Source: Bdellovibrionota bacterium
Lineage (GTDB): Bacteria > Bdellovibrionota > Bdellovibrionia > Bdellovibrionales > JAEYZS01
NCBI GenBank assembly: GCA_040386775.1
Contig: JAZKEU010000011.1
Span: 109,374 to 173,373, forward strand
Reading direction: 5' to 3'
Length of the DNA: 64,000 nucleotides
This document shows, piece after piece, positions 17,900 to 27,227 of the stretch. Below the pieces are notes generated by a model. That model had not been told where the DNA came from. It was given only the letters and a program-made list of their open reading frames with translations, and ran no database searches. Position 1 is the first letter of the stretch, and each line of letters opens with the position of its first letter. The position numbers were made by a program, and so were the translations under genes.

Positions 17900-18487
17900 T
17901 TAAGCGCCTTTTCCAAATTTCGGCATATTCATCTCGAGTGATGGTTTAATTTTTTCAGACTCTTCCACGTTAAAAAAATCTTGTCTTTGATAGTTCAAAA
18001 GTTTTGCGACAAACACGTCTGGAAATTGATCGATACGCGTATTGAAGTTTGTTACAGCTTCGTTATAAGCTTCTCTTCTATCTGCGAGCATACTTTCCAG
18101 ATTTGAAACTCTAGATTGAAGTTGCACAAAATTTTGATTTGCCTTTAATTCAGGGTAAGCTTCACCAATTGCGATAATGCCTTTGAGGGCAAAACTCATT
18201 TCTTGCGAAGCCTTGATTTTATCTGTGACTGAATTTGCTTCACCGTAATGTTTACGTGCTTCTGCGATTTTTTCTAATAAACCAGCTTCGTATTTCGCAT
18301 ATTGCTCGATCACTTGGATCAATTGAGGGATTTCATCAAATCGTTGTTTTAAAATCACATCAATATTTGACCATGCTCTTTCAACTTGATTTCTGAGGCT
18401 GATCATTCCGTTATAGATATTGATCCCCATCGAGAAAAATACAATTCCGACAATTAAAACAAATATTAAAGCACCGAACGACATCAT
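17900..18487 (-). CDS. lemA: LemA family protein
   Basis: N-terminal TM followed by NGMISLRNQVERAWSNIDVILKQRFDEIPQL...YNEAVTNFNTRIDQFP. Confidence 0.85.
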   Translation of the reverse strand: MMSFGALIFVLIVGIVFFSMGINIYNGMISLRNQVERAWSNIDVILKQRFDEIPQLIQVIEQYAKYEAGLLEKIAEARKHYGEANSVTDKIKASQEMSFALKGIIAIGEAYPELKANQNFVQLQSRVSNLESMLADRREAYNEAVTNFNTRIDQFPDVFVAKLLNYQRQDFFNVEESEKIKPSLEMNMPKFGKGA

Positions 18488-18682
18488 GATGAACCCCCGA
18501 CATCTATATTATCGGGTGGCTAAACTAAAAATATTAACAACTATCTAGAATGTATGAATGTTATTCAGAATTTGGGACCTTGCCGATTGGGTTTTGATTC
18601 TTCTTTGTTTGAATTTGGGACACTTATATGTTTTTATATCCTTGTATACTTATAAAGCAGGATCAAAAAACAAGGAATTTTT

Positions 18683-20401
18683 ATGCATAAGATTTTAGCC
18701 ATCATATTTGTTAGCTTAGTGAACTTCGGCTGCCAGACTTCAAACAAAGTCATACTAGCGACTAACAACAGAGAAGATAAATCAACTGTTGAGTCGACAG
18801 GTAAGAAATTTGCGATTTCTACTCAAGGACGTTACGCAAGTATCGCGGCCAAAGACATCTTTACTCAAGGTGGAAATATTATTGATGCTGCTGTCGCCGC
18901 CTCTTTTGTGATCTCCGTTGAACGTCCTCAATCGACAGGAATTGGTGGTGGTGGCTTCATGGTATTTAGACAAAAAGATGGGAAATCTTTCGCGATAGAT
19001 TTTAGAGAACGCGCTCCCCTTAAGGCCACAAGGAATATGTACATTCGAAATGGAAAAGGAGACACGCAAATTTCTCAAGAAGGGATCTTGGCTTCAGCAA
19101 CTCCAGGATTGGTTGCAGGCCTTATCGAAATTCATAAAAAATTTGGATCCTTACCACTGAAAGCAGTAATGCAACCTTCAATTGATCTCGCTGAAAAAGG
19201 ATTTCCTGTTTACCCTTATCTTTCAGAGGCACTTCAAGACACCATGGAAGTTCTTAAAAAAGATGCGGAGGCAAAAAAAATATTCTTAGATGCCAACGGC
19301 AATCCTTGGCCCTTGGGACATATCTTAGTTCAAAAAGATTTGGCCCAGACTCTTCGCTTGATTTCAGAGAATGGTTCTAAAGAATTTTATCAAGGATCGA
19401 CGGCTAAAAAAATCACAAGTTTTTTTGCAAAAGAAAAAGGACTTATCACCCAAAAAGATTTAAGTGCCTATAAAGTTAAGTGGAGAAAACCTGTTCAGGG
19501 AAAATTTCATGATTACGATGTCATTTCAATGCCTCCTCCTAGTTCAGGAGGAATTCACGTCATTCAATTTTTAAGCTTCTTAGAAAAAGATGAACTAAAA
19601 AAGAAAGGTATCCTCTCTACAGAGTCCATTCACTTGGCGGCGTCTTCACTGCAATCTGCTTTTGCAGATCGCGCAAAGTATCCGGGAGATCCAGATTTTG
19701 TAAAAGTCCCTACCGAGGAATTGATTTCTCCAAAGTATAACGAGCAAAGAAGAAAAGAAGTAACGCTCGATAAAGCTAGAAAAGCTGATCAAGTGAACTT
19801 TGGTGTCCCAAGTTACAATGAATCCACCGAAACTACTCACCTCTCTATTATGGATGAAGAAGGGAATGCGGTGAGCACAACTCAAACTATCAATGGCTGG
19901 TTCGGATCTGCACAAGTGGTTCCTGGAACTGGAATTGTAATGAATAATGAGATGGACGACTTTTCTATTCAACCTGGAGTTGCAAATTTATTTGGCGCCA
20001 TTGGTGGAACATCCAATGCCATTGCTCCCAAGAAAACTCCTTTGAGCAGTATGTCTCCTACAATCATAGTAAAAGATGGAAAAGCAGTTATGAGTTTAGG
20101 CGCCCCCGGTGGAACCCGAATCATCAGCTGTGTTGCTCAAACTATTTTGAACTATGTCGAGTACGGTTTGTCTCTCAAAGACTCTGTCTCTATGATCAGG
20201 TATCACCATCAATGGAAGCCCGATGTGCTTACGATTGATCCTCCAGGACCAAGTTCGAAAGTTTTAGCTGACCTTCAGAAGATGGGATACGACATAAAGC
20301 TTGAACATGTGCCCTGTCATGTGATGGCGGTGTCAAAAGAGGATGGAATTTTACGTGCCGTCGCAGATCCTCGTGATATTGGTGTCGGATTGGCTCAATA
20401 A
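18683..20401 (+). CDS. ggt: Gamma-glutamyltranspeptidase
   Basis: Lipoprotein-like signal. Autoprocessing and nucleophile context is ESTETTHLSIMDEEGNAVSTTQTIN, with GAPGGTRII. Confidence 0.9.
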   Translation: MHKILAIIFVSLVNFGCQTSNKVILATNNREDKSTVESTGKKFAISTQGRYASIAAKDIFTQGGNIIDAAVAASFVISVERPQSTGIGGGGFMVFRQKDGKSFAIDFRERAPLKATRNMYIRNGKGDTQISQEGILASATPGLVAGLIEIHKKFGSLPLKAVMQPSIDLAEKGFPVYPYLSEALQDTMEVLKKDAEAKKIFLDANGNPWPLGHILVQKDLAQTLRLISENGSKEFYQGSTAKKITSFFAKEKGLITQKDLSAYKVKWRKPVQGKFHDYDVISMPPPSSGGIHVIQFLSFLEKDELKKKGILSTESIHLAASSLQSAFADRAKYPGDPDFVKVPTEELISPKYNEQRRKEVTLDKARKADQVNFGVPSYNESTETTHLSIMDEEGNAVSTTQTINGWFGSAQVVPGTGIVMNNEMDDFSIQPGVANLFGAIGGTSNAIAPKKTPLSSMSPTIIVKDGKAVMSLGAPGGTRIISCVAQTILNYVEYGLSLKDSVSMIRYHHQWKPDVLTIDPPGPSSKVLADLQKMGYDIKLEHVPCHVMAVSKEDGILRAVADPRDIGVGLAQ

Positions 20402-20462
20402 TTCTGAAAATAATTCAGAAAATTATTTGAATTTTATAATTAGGACGTGCTAGCTTCCCGTT

Positions 20463-22040
20463 ATGAAAAAAGACACCCAAGAAAACAATCACGAGAAGCT
20501 AAACAAAATAACCGAAAAATCTGCTGGAAAACTTTTAAAGTTTTTAGATGTAATCGAGAGAGCGGGGAATGCTCTTCCTCATCCTGCGATTTTATTCTTG
20601 CTACTGACTGGAATTACAATTCTACTTTCTTGGATCGCGTTCAACTCTGGAATGTCAGCAATTCATCCGATTAAAAAAGAAGCTATCAATACAGTAAATC
20701 TTTTTTCTATTGATGGCCTACATCACATCATTACAGATATGGTAAAGAACTTTGCAGGATTTGCTCCGTTGGGAAGCGTTCTCGTTGCGATGCTTGGATT
20801 TAGCTTGGCTGAAAAGAGCGGCTTGATTTCTACTATCCTTAGAGTTTTGGTTTTAAAAGCTCCAAAAAAATTAATTGTACCTGCTGTACTACTAGGCGGA
20901 GTTCTTTCACACACTGCTGGTGACGTAGGCTACATCATTTTGATTCCTCTTTCTGGCATGGTTTTCCATAGCGTTGGCTGGAATCCTCTTGCAGGTATTG
21001 CTTGTGCCTTTGCCGGTGTTTCTGGTGGTTTTGCTGCAAACTTATTATTAAGTACGGCAGATCCCATGCTTTCTGGTATCACACAAGAGGCGGCAAAGAT
21101 CATTGACCCAAGCTATACTGTATCACCACTTTCAAACTGGTACTTTATGGCAAGTTCGTCATTTTTGATCGTGATCATTGGAACTCTTGTAACAAATAAA
21201 ATCACAATTCCTTATCTTGGAGAGTACACAGGTGATGCCGAGAAAACTCCACTTGTGAAACTCACCAAACTTGAAAAGAAAGGCCTTCTCTACGCTGGAA
21301 TTGTATTTGCAATTCTAACTTCTATTCTTTTATTAGGATTGGTACCAGCAGAAGGGTTTTTAAGAGAAAAAGAAACTTTTAGTGTTCTTAACTCACCCGT
21401 TTTAAAAGGTGTTGTTGCGATCATTTTCTTTATGGGATCTCTCACGGGACTTGCTTATGGGTTTGCTTCCAAAACATTCAGAAGTCAAAGTGATGTTGTA
21501 AATGCTATGCAAGAGGCAATGGCAACACTTGCTCCTTACCTAGTTCTTGTATTCTTTGCTTCGCAATTCATTTCGTTCTTTAACTTCTCAAATATGGGAA
21601 TGGTAATGGCTGTTCATGGATCTGATTACTTAAAGGATCTAGGACTTGGTTCATTTACATTGATGATTAGCTTTATCTTCTTCACTTGCTTGCTTGATCT
21701 TGTGATTGGAAGTGCTTCTGCCAAGTGGGCCTTGATGGCGCCGATCTTTGTTCCAATGTTCATGCTTTTAGGATTTGCACCCGAATTGACTCAAGCTTCC
21801 TATAGAGTAGCAGACTCCGTGGTGAATATTATTTCTCCACTGATGTCTTACTTCCCTCTCATCTTGGCTTTTGTAAATAAATTCAATAAAAACGCAAAAG
21901 TAGGAACTCTTCTTGCGATGATGCTTCCCTACACTATTGCATTTACCATTTTCTGGTCAGCGATGATTTTTGTATGGATGACATTCGAGCTTCCACTCGG
22001 CCCTGTTGGAAATCTCTGGTACAAGCTTCCAACTCCGTAA
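20463..22040 (+). CDS. abgT: AbgT-family (p-aminobenzoyl-glutamate type) transporter
   Basis: 525-aa polytopic protein. The N-terminus FLDVIERAGNALPHPAILFL is typical of AbgT. Confidence 0.8.
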   Translation: MKKDTQENNHEKLNKITEKSAGKLLKFLDVIERAGNALPHPAILFLLLTGITILLSWIAFNSGMSAIHPIKKEAINTVNLFSIDGLHHIITDMVKNFAGFAPLGSVLVAMLGFSLAEKSGLISTILRVLVLKAPKKLIVPAVLLGGVLSHTAGDVGYIILIPLSGMVFHSVGWNPLAGIACAFAGVSGGFAANLLLSTADPMLSGITQEAAKIIDPSYTVSPLSNWYFMASSSFLIVIIGTLVTNKITIPYLGEYTGDAEKTPLVKLTKLEKKGLLYAGIVFAILTSILLLGLVPAEGFLREKETFSVLNSPVLKGVVAIIFFMGSLTGLAYGFASKTFRSQSDVVNAMQEAMATLAPYLVLVFFASQFISFFNFSNMGMVMAVHGSDYLKDLGLGSFTLMISFIFFTCLLDLVIGSASAKWALMAPIFVPMFMLLGFAPELTQASYRVADSVVNIISPLMSYFPLILAFVNKFNKNAKVGTLLAMMLPYTIAFTIFWSAMIFVWMTFELPLGPVGNLWYKLPTP

Positions 22041-22046
22041 AATTAA

Positions 22047-22074
22047 ATCGAAAAGGTTATAAAACCTTTTCGAT
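22047..22074. terminator. Bidirectional hairpin between convergent abgT and gpx
   Basis: ATCGAAAAGGTT-ATAA-AACCTTTTCGAT, a 12-bp perfect stem. It overlaps the last codons of gpx. Confidence 0.6.
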
Positions 22075-22545
22075 ATCTTTGCCAAGATCCTCAGGCTTTG
22101 CTTGAGGAGCAAATCTTTCTATAACTTTTCCATTTTTATCTACTAGGAATTTTGTGAAGTTCCATTTGATGGCTTCAGTTCCTAAAATTCCTTTTTCTTC
22201 TTTCTTTAAATATTGGTAAAGAGGATGAGCTTCATCACCATTCACCTCTACTTTTTGAAACATAGGAAAAGAAACATCATAAGTTAAGCTACAAAAATTT
22301 TTTATCTCTTCTGCATCACCGGGCTCTTGTGCGCCAAATTGATTGCATGGGAATCCCAATACTTCAAAACCCTTGTCTTTATACTTACGATAAATTTCTT
22401 CGAGGCCTTTATACTGTGGTGTAAAACCGCACTTGCTTGCGACATTCACGATGAGTAACGCTTTTCCTTGAAATTTTTCCAGAGGAATATCTTCTCCATT
22501 TAGACCTTTTGCATGAAACGAATACACAGTTTTTTGTTCTGACAT
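22057..22545 (-). CDS. gpx: Glutathione peroxidase (Cys-type)
   Basis: VNVASKCGFTPQY and WNFTKFLV. The active-site codon is TGC, not TGA. Confidence 0.9.
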   Translation of the reverse strand: MSEQKTVYSFHAKGLNGEDIPLEKFQGKALLIVNVASKCGFTPQYKGLEEIYRKYKDKGFEVLGFPCNQFGAQEPGDAEEIKNFCSLTYDVSFPMFQKVEVNGDEAHPLYQYLKKEEKGILGTEAIKWNFTKFLVDKNGKVIERFAPQAKPEDLGKDIEKVL

Positions 22546-22678
22546 AAATTCTCCATCTCAGTTCTGTTATAGCGCTAAGGCTTTTTGACACCAAGTTTTT
22601 TTGGCATCGCTTGCATTAGCAAACCTCGCAATTAATCAACACTAAGAAATAGGGTTCTTAGTTTTAACTGGAGGATAT

Positions 22679-23182
22679 ATGAAAAGAGTTTTATTGGCAA
22701 TTCTTGCGGTACTTATCTCGGTTTCAGCATTTGCTGATCCTGGTGATAGGGATGGCAGACGTGATCGCAGAGAAGATAGACGTGATGATAGAAGAGATGA
22801 CAGACGCGACGATCGAAGAGAAGATAGACGTGATGATAGAAGAGATGACAGACGCGACGATCGAAGAGATGACAGACGTGATGATAGAAGAGACCATCGC
22901 CCACCGCATCACGGCGGAGGATTCTTCCCAGGAAATCCAGGACACGGCGGCGGATGGGGACCAGGCCCAGTTCCATACTATAGAGAAAACATAATCACTT
23001 GTGAAAGCAACAGCAGCAGACCAAATATTTGCTACACAGGATTATACCAAGTGCAAAGAATCGATCTGTTAAGACAACATTCGAGAGCTCCATGCATTGC
23101 GGGAGCAACTTACCAAGTGAGAGGCAACTCAATCATGGTTATCGGTGGTTGCAGAGCAACATTCCGCGTAGTTGGTAGATAA
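22679..23182 (+). CDS. Secreted protein with (D/E)RRDD pentapeptide repeat tract and DUF3011-like Cys domain
   Basis: Signal peptide, about 14 D/E-R-R-D-D pentads, a Gly/Pro/His linker, then ITCESNSSRPNIC...APCIAGATY...GGCRATF. Confidence 0.7.
   Translation: MKRVLLAILAVLISVSAFADPGDRDGRRDRREDRRDDRRDDRRDDRREDRRDDRRDDRRDDRRDDRRDDRRDHRPPHHGGGFFPGNPGHGGGWGPGPVPYYRENIITCESNSSRPNICYTGLYQVQRIDLLRQHSRAPCIAGATYQVRGNSIMVIGGCRATFRVVGR
22769..22864 (+). repeat. Perfect 48-bp tandem duplication within the coding sequence
   Basis: AGAGAAGATAGACGTGATGATAGAAGAGATGACAGACGCGACGATCGA occurs at 22769-22816 and again at 22817-22864. I checked both copies base by base. A diverged partial copy follows. Confidence 0.95.
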
Positions 23183-23256
23183 TCTTAAAAATTTAGCCAC
23201 GAACATCAGCTTGTGTTATGTTTCCATCTTGGCCTGAGGTCAGACAAAGGTTAAAG

Positions 23257-24513
23257 ATGAAGCAAACACAAGTTGTTGTTGTCGGCGCAGGCTTTGCGGG
23301 CATCAACGCAGTAAAAATTCTAAAAAATAATCAAGACGTTCATATTACTCTCATTGACCGAAGAAATTATCATTTGTTCCAACCGCTACTGTATCAAGTA
23401 GCCACGGCAGGACTTTCTCCTGCGGACATCGCTACGCCAATTCGTTCCGTATTTTCTGATCAAAAAAATGTTACTGTATATCTAGGTAATGTTGAACGCG
23501 TCGATTTAAAAAATAAAACCATTTATGGTAGCGATAAGCCTCTCTCTTATGATTATCTCATTCTAGCTTGCGGCGCTAAGCACAGTTATTTTGGCCATAA
23601 TGAATGGGAAGAGTTTTCTCCAGGCCTTAAAACTTTAGAGCAAGCTACCGAGATCAGAAGAAGAATTTTGCTCGCATTTGAAGATGCGGAAAAAGAAACG
23701 GATATAGAAAAACAAAAACAACTTCTTACTTTTGTCATTGTTGGTGGCGGACCCACAGGAGTTGAACTTGCTGGAGCCATAGCTGAGATCAGTCGCTATA
23801 CTTTAGAAAAAGATTTTAGAAATATTGATCCTGCAAGAACTCGCGTGATTCTTATTGAAGCCGGCAATCGAGTCTTGGCTGCATTTTCAGAAAAAATGTC
23901 AAAACGCGCCGCTCGAGATTTGGAACAACTTGGTGTTCAGATATGGACATCGTCTCGCGTTTCAAAAGTGAATGCAGAAAGCGTTGAACTTGGAAGCGAA
24001 GTGATCAGAGCAAAAACCATTCTTTGGGCAGCTGGAGTTTTGCCTTCGAGCTTAGGAAAAACCTTGGGCACTCCCCTTGATCCTCAAGGTCGCGTGATGG
24101 TGGAAAAAGATTTGTCTTTACCTAATTATCCAGAAGTTTTTGTTTTAGGTGATCAGGCTCATTTTGATGAAAAAGGAAAGCCCTTGCCAGGTCTTGCGCC
24201 AGTTGCCATACAACAAGGCAAACATGCAGCAAAAAATATTATAAGAAAACTACAAAATAAACCTACAGAACCTTTCCGTTACTTAGATAAAGGAATTACT
24301 GCAACCATTGGCCGTAAAAAGGCTGTTCTTCAGGTGAACAATATCCAATTTGGCGGATTCTTTGCCTGGGCAGCTTGGCTCTTTATTCATATTTATTATT
24401 TAATAGGTTTCAAGAATCGCTTTATTGTTTTTTTCCAATGGGCGTGGTCTTATATGACTTTAAAGCGCGGCGCCCGATTGATAGTTGACAAGGAATGGAG
24501 ATCCACAAAATGA
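23257..24513 (+). CDS. ndh: Type II NADH dehydrogenase
   Basis: VVVVGAGFAG and FVIVGGGPTGVELAG dinucleotide folds. The start was moved to the ATG at 23257 (MKQTQ). Confidence 0.85.
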   Translation: MKQTQVVVVGAGFAGINAVKILKNNQDVHITLIDRRNYHLFQPLLYQVATAGLSPADIATPIRSVFSDQKNVTVYLGNVERVDLKNKTIYGSDKPLSYDYLILACGAKHSYFGHNEWEEFSPGLKTLEQATEIRRRILLAFEDAEKETDIEKQKQLLTFVIVGGGPTGVELAGAIAEISRYTLEKDFRNIDPARTRVILIEAGNRVLAAFSEKMSKRAARDLEQLGVQIWTSSRVSKVNAESVELGSEVIRAKTILWAAGVLPSSLGKTLGTPLDPQGRVMVEKDLSLPNYPEVFVLGDQAHFDEKGKPLPGLAPVAIQQGKHAAKNIIRKLQNKPTEPFRYLDKGITATIGRKKAVLQVNNIQFGGFFAWAAWLFIHIYYLIGFKNRFIVFFQWAWSYMTLKRGARLIVDKEWRSTK

Positions 24514-25583
24514 ATTTCAAATGGACACAGGTTTTCAAAAGCCTCATCATTGTGTTTCTTGCTCTTTCAGTTTTAATTCTACTCACACCATTTTTACTTC
24601 CATTAGCCCTTGGTGGAATTCTCTGTGTTGTGATTTTTCCCATGTACAAAAAAATGGTAGAGAAAAAATGGAATCCCTCTCTCGCTGCACTCACTTCCCT
24701 GCTCGTTTTCTCATTGGTGTTCGCGGTACCAACGACTCTTGTCGTTTTAAAAGGCGCAAGAGTCACAACAGAATTTGTCCAAAAAACTTTAGATTCTAAA
24801 AAACCAACTCAAGATCTAAAACCTGAAGAGCAAAAAAATATTCAAAAAATAGAAAACTTTGCCGAAAAAACTGCCGGGAGATTTGGAATTGATATTCCAG
24901 ATCCCTCTGCTGTGTTTGATAAAATTTATAACTCTATAGGCGCATTTATTCTAGCTGCACTCACGGACTTCTTTACAAAACTTCCTGATTTTGTATTGGC
25001 ATTCTTTATCGCTTTACTCACAATGTACTTTGGCTTGGTTGAAAATGAAAAAATCTATGCCACTTTAAAAAAATATTCGTTCCTCTCGCCTAAGAATGCC
25101 GAGAAGCTTGTCGAAAATATTGTTGTGAGCTGTAGATCTGTGATCGTTTCCAATGTCGTGACGGGAGCTATCCAATCCATTGTGGTTGCGGCTGGAGCCC
25201 ATCTCACCAACACTGGAAATTTCTTTGTGGTGGGATTTATAACTTTTGTATTCTCGTTCATACCTGTCGTAGGTGCAGCTCCTGTGGCTTACGCCTTGGG
25301 TGCTTATGCCTTAGTCTCTGGTGAATCTACGGCTGGGATCATAATGATGGTTGTGGGAACTGTAGCGGGGATCTCTGACAACTTCATTCGCCCGATGATG
25401 CTCAGTGGATCCGGCGAAGTCCATCCGCTATGGAGTTTATTAGGAATTCTTGGAGGGATTATTATCTTTGGATTACCCGGATTATTTATCGGCCCCTTGA
25501 TCTTGGCTGTAGCCTCAAGCTGCTTACCGATTTACGTAAAAGATTTTAGAGAGACCTCTAAACAATTAAACGGTCAAAGCTAG
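24510..25583 (+). CDS. AI-2E family (PerM/YhhT-like) transporter
   Basis: Polytopic protein with the AI-2E-type pattern ...VVGFITFVFSFIPVVGAAP... The ATG at 24510 overlaps the ndh stop. Confidence 0.7.
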   Translation: MNFKWTQVFKSLIIVFLALSVLILLTPFLLPLALGGILCVVIFPMYKKMVEKKWNPSLAALTSLLVFSLVFAVPTTLVVLKGARVTTEFVQKTLDSKKPTQDLKPEEQKNIQKIENFAEKTAGRFGIDIPDPSAVFDKIYNSIGAFILAALTDFFTKLPDFVLAFFIALLTMYFGLVENEKIYATLKKYSFLSPKNAEKLVENIVVSCRSVIVSNVVTGAIQSIVVAAGAHLTNTGNFFVVGFITFVFSFIPVVGAAPVAYALGAYALVSGESTAGIIMMVVGTVAGISDNFIRPMMLSGSGEVHPLWSLLGILGGIIIFGLPGLFIGPLILAVASSCLPIYVKDFRETSKQLNGQS

Positions 25584-26227
25584 AGCATGTCTTCGTAGAA
25601 AGCACCAAAGTGCTTTTCGGGATGTCTGATTTGAATTTCTAAAATCCATCTCTGTGCTGATGGCTTTTCCTTAAAATCTACAAGTTGTCCTTTATGATAA
25701 AGAGCGTGCGGGAAATCGCCAATGCGATGCCCAGAGGCGCCATTCAATGTCATCACATAGCCGCGCTTCTTAGTGGCGTCTTTTGCAAATTCATAAAGTT
25801 CAGCACCGGATTTCCCAGTTTCTTTCCAACAGTTTTTTACTTCATGAAAAATTTCTTCTGACGCTTTGATCACATCGTGATGTTCTTTATTATTTCCTAC
25901 GGCGAAAGTTTTGCCACAGTCTCCTTCGTGACCGAAGAACACCGGACCAATGTCAATAAAGAATAAATCATTTTCCTGTAAAACCACATTAGGTTCTGAA
26001 ACCTCTCTAAAGGCCTTCAAAGTATTGATTCCAAAGCGTAGCTTTGACGGATGCCACTTCTTCTCTGAACCAAATTCTTCGAACAATCCCTTAGAAATTT
26101 CTTCGATGTCTTTTTCGGTTTGTCCAGGACGAACTCTTTCAGCAATAGCGTTCACGAGATCCCAGGTGCGGTGGCGTGCTTTCTCTATAGAATCCGAATT
26201 GAAATTTTCTCCGACTGCCTCTAACAT
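25580..26227 (-). CDS. M24-family (pita-bread fold) metallopeptidase, short form
   Basis: Metal-ligand contexts FFIDIGPVF, HEGDCG, SGHRIGDFPH, ILEIQI and FYEDML. Confidence 0.65.
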   Translation of the reverse strand: MLEAVGENFNSDSIEKARHRTWDLVNAIAERVRPGQTEKDIEEISKGLFEEFGSEKKWHPSKLRFGINTLKAFREVSEPNVVLQENDLFFIDIGPVFFGHEGDCGKTFAVGNNKEHHDVIKASEEIFHEVKNCWKETGKSGAELYEFAKDATKKRGYVMTLNGASGHRIGDFPHALYHKGQLVDFKEKPSAQRWILEIQIRHPEKHFGAFYEDML

Positions 26228-26228
26228 C

Positions 26229-26723
26229 TTAATCTCTTAAAAAATGGCAAGTATAGCCGTTTGGATTTTTCTGTAGATAATCTTGATGATACCCTTCTGC
26301 TGAATACCACTTATCAAAAGAAATAATTTCGGTAACAACTTTGGATTTCCATTTTCCAGAGGTATCGACTTTTTCTTTCACTGCCTGCGCAATCTTCTTT
26401 TGATTGTCGTCGTGATAGAAAATAGCTGAGCGATATTGAGTTCCGTGGTCATTACCCTGACCATTCACTTGTGTCGGGTCATGAAGTCTAAAAAAATATT
26501 TAAGAATTTCTTCATAACTAATTTTTGCAGGATCAAATTTAATTTGGACTGCTTCAGCGTGGCCCGTGGTTCCAGTTTTCACAAATTCGTAAGTTGGCGC
26601 ACTACCTTTACCGCCGGTGTAGCCCACTTCTGTTTCGATAACTCCATCGAGTTTACGAAGGAGTTCTTCCACTCCCCAAAAACATCCGCCAGCTAAAGTT
26701 GCGACCTCTATTTTCTCTGACAT
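26229..26723 (-). CDS. msrA: Peptide-methionine (S)-S-oxide reductase
   Basis: ATLAGGCFWGVEELL and GYTGG...HAEAVQI. Confidence 0.95.
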   Translation of the reverse strand: MSEKIEVATLAGGCFWGVEELLRKLDGVIETEVGYTGGKGSAPTYEFVKTGTTGHAEAVQIKFDPAKISYEEILKYFFRLHDPTQVNGQGNDHGTQYRSAIFYHDDNQKKIAQAVKEKVDTSGKWKSKVVTEIISFDKWYSAEGYHQDYLQKNPNGYTCHFLRD

Positions 26724-26725
26724 CT

Positions 26726-26938
26726 TTACTCCTTCAGGTCTTTTTTTTTACTGTCTTCAGCTTTAGTGTCGTTATTGTTCGTGGCTTTCTGAAGTTTACG
26801 CACAATTTTCTTACCCGCCACTTTCACTTCATCCACCGCTTCCTGCGCCGAACGATCAATCTTTTGAACCGCCGACTCCTCCGCCACCGCAAAATTTAAA
26901 GCAAAAATAGATAAAAATAACGCAAATACAAGTTTCAT
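26726..26938 (-). CDS. Small secreted lysine-rich protein
   Basis: The ATG at 26938 follows AAGGGG. Signal peptide is MKLVFALFLSIFALNFAVA. Confidence 0.5.
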   Translation of the reverse strand: MKLVFALFLSIFALNFAVAEESAVQKIDRSAQEAVDEVKVAGKKIVRKLQKATNNNDTKAEDSKKKDLKE

Positions 26939-27227
26939 AAATAACCCCTTTAAAGTGAGTAACCAGAACACTAATAATCTTACAAAAAATAGTCAATTTC
27001 CAATATATTTATGACCATAACTTGTAGAAGTTAAGAAGAGTTTTAAATAGAAAGTATATTATCAAATATTCTCGCTGGTTTTACTTACGCAAATAACACT
27101 CACATTACCGCGATTTTTAAAAATGCCACGGGTTCTACCAATAAAATTTCTATTTGAATCTGTACTGCGTCGTACGCACACAATCAGCTGTAGATGGTGT
27201 GGTCTTTTTATTGCATTCTCTTATCGA

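Noticed and set aside
20447-20674. ORF 20447..20674 (75 aa)
   Set aside because: It is an alternative frame overlapping the 5' end of abgT. The abgT frame has the family-typical N-terminus.
22419-22445. Selenocysteine in the glutathione peroxidase active site
   Set aside because: The active-site codon in VASKCGFT is TGC (Cys), not TGA.
22704-22994. ORFs 22704..22994 (+), 22713..22976 (-) and 22724..22945 (-)
   Set aside because: They are alternative-frame and antisense readings of the GA-rich DRRDD repeat. They stay open only because of the repeat composition. The frame with the signal peptide and the Cys domain is the real one.
24422-24799. ORFs 24422..24766 (-) and 24485..24799 (+)
   Set aside because: They overlap the ndh 3' end and the AI-2E transporter 5' end in other frames or in antisense. 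No support.
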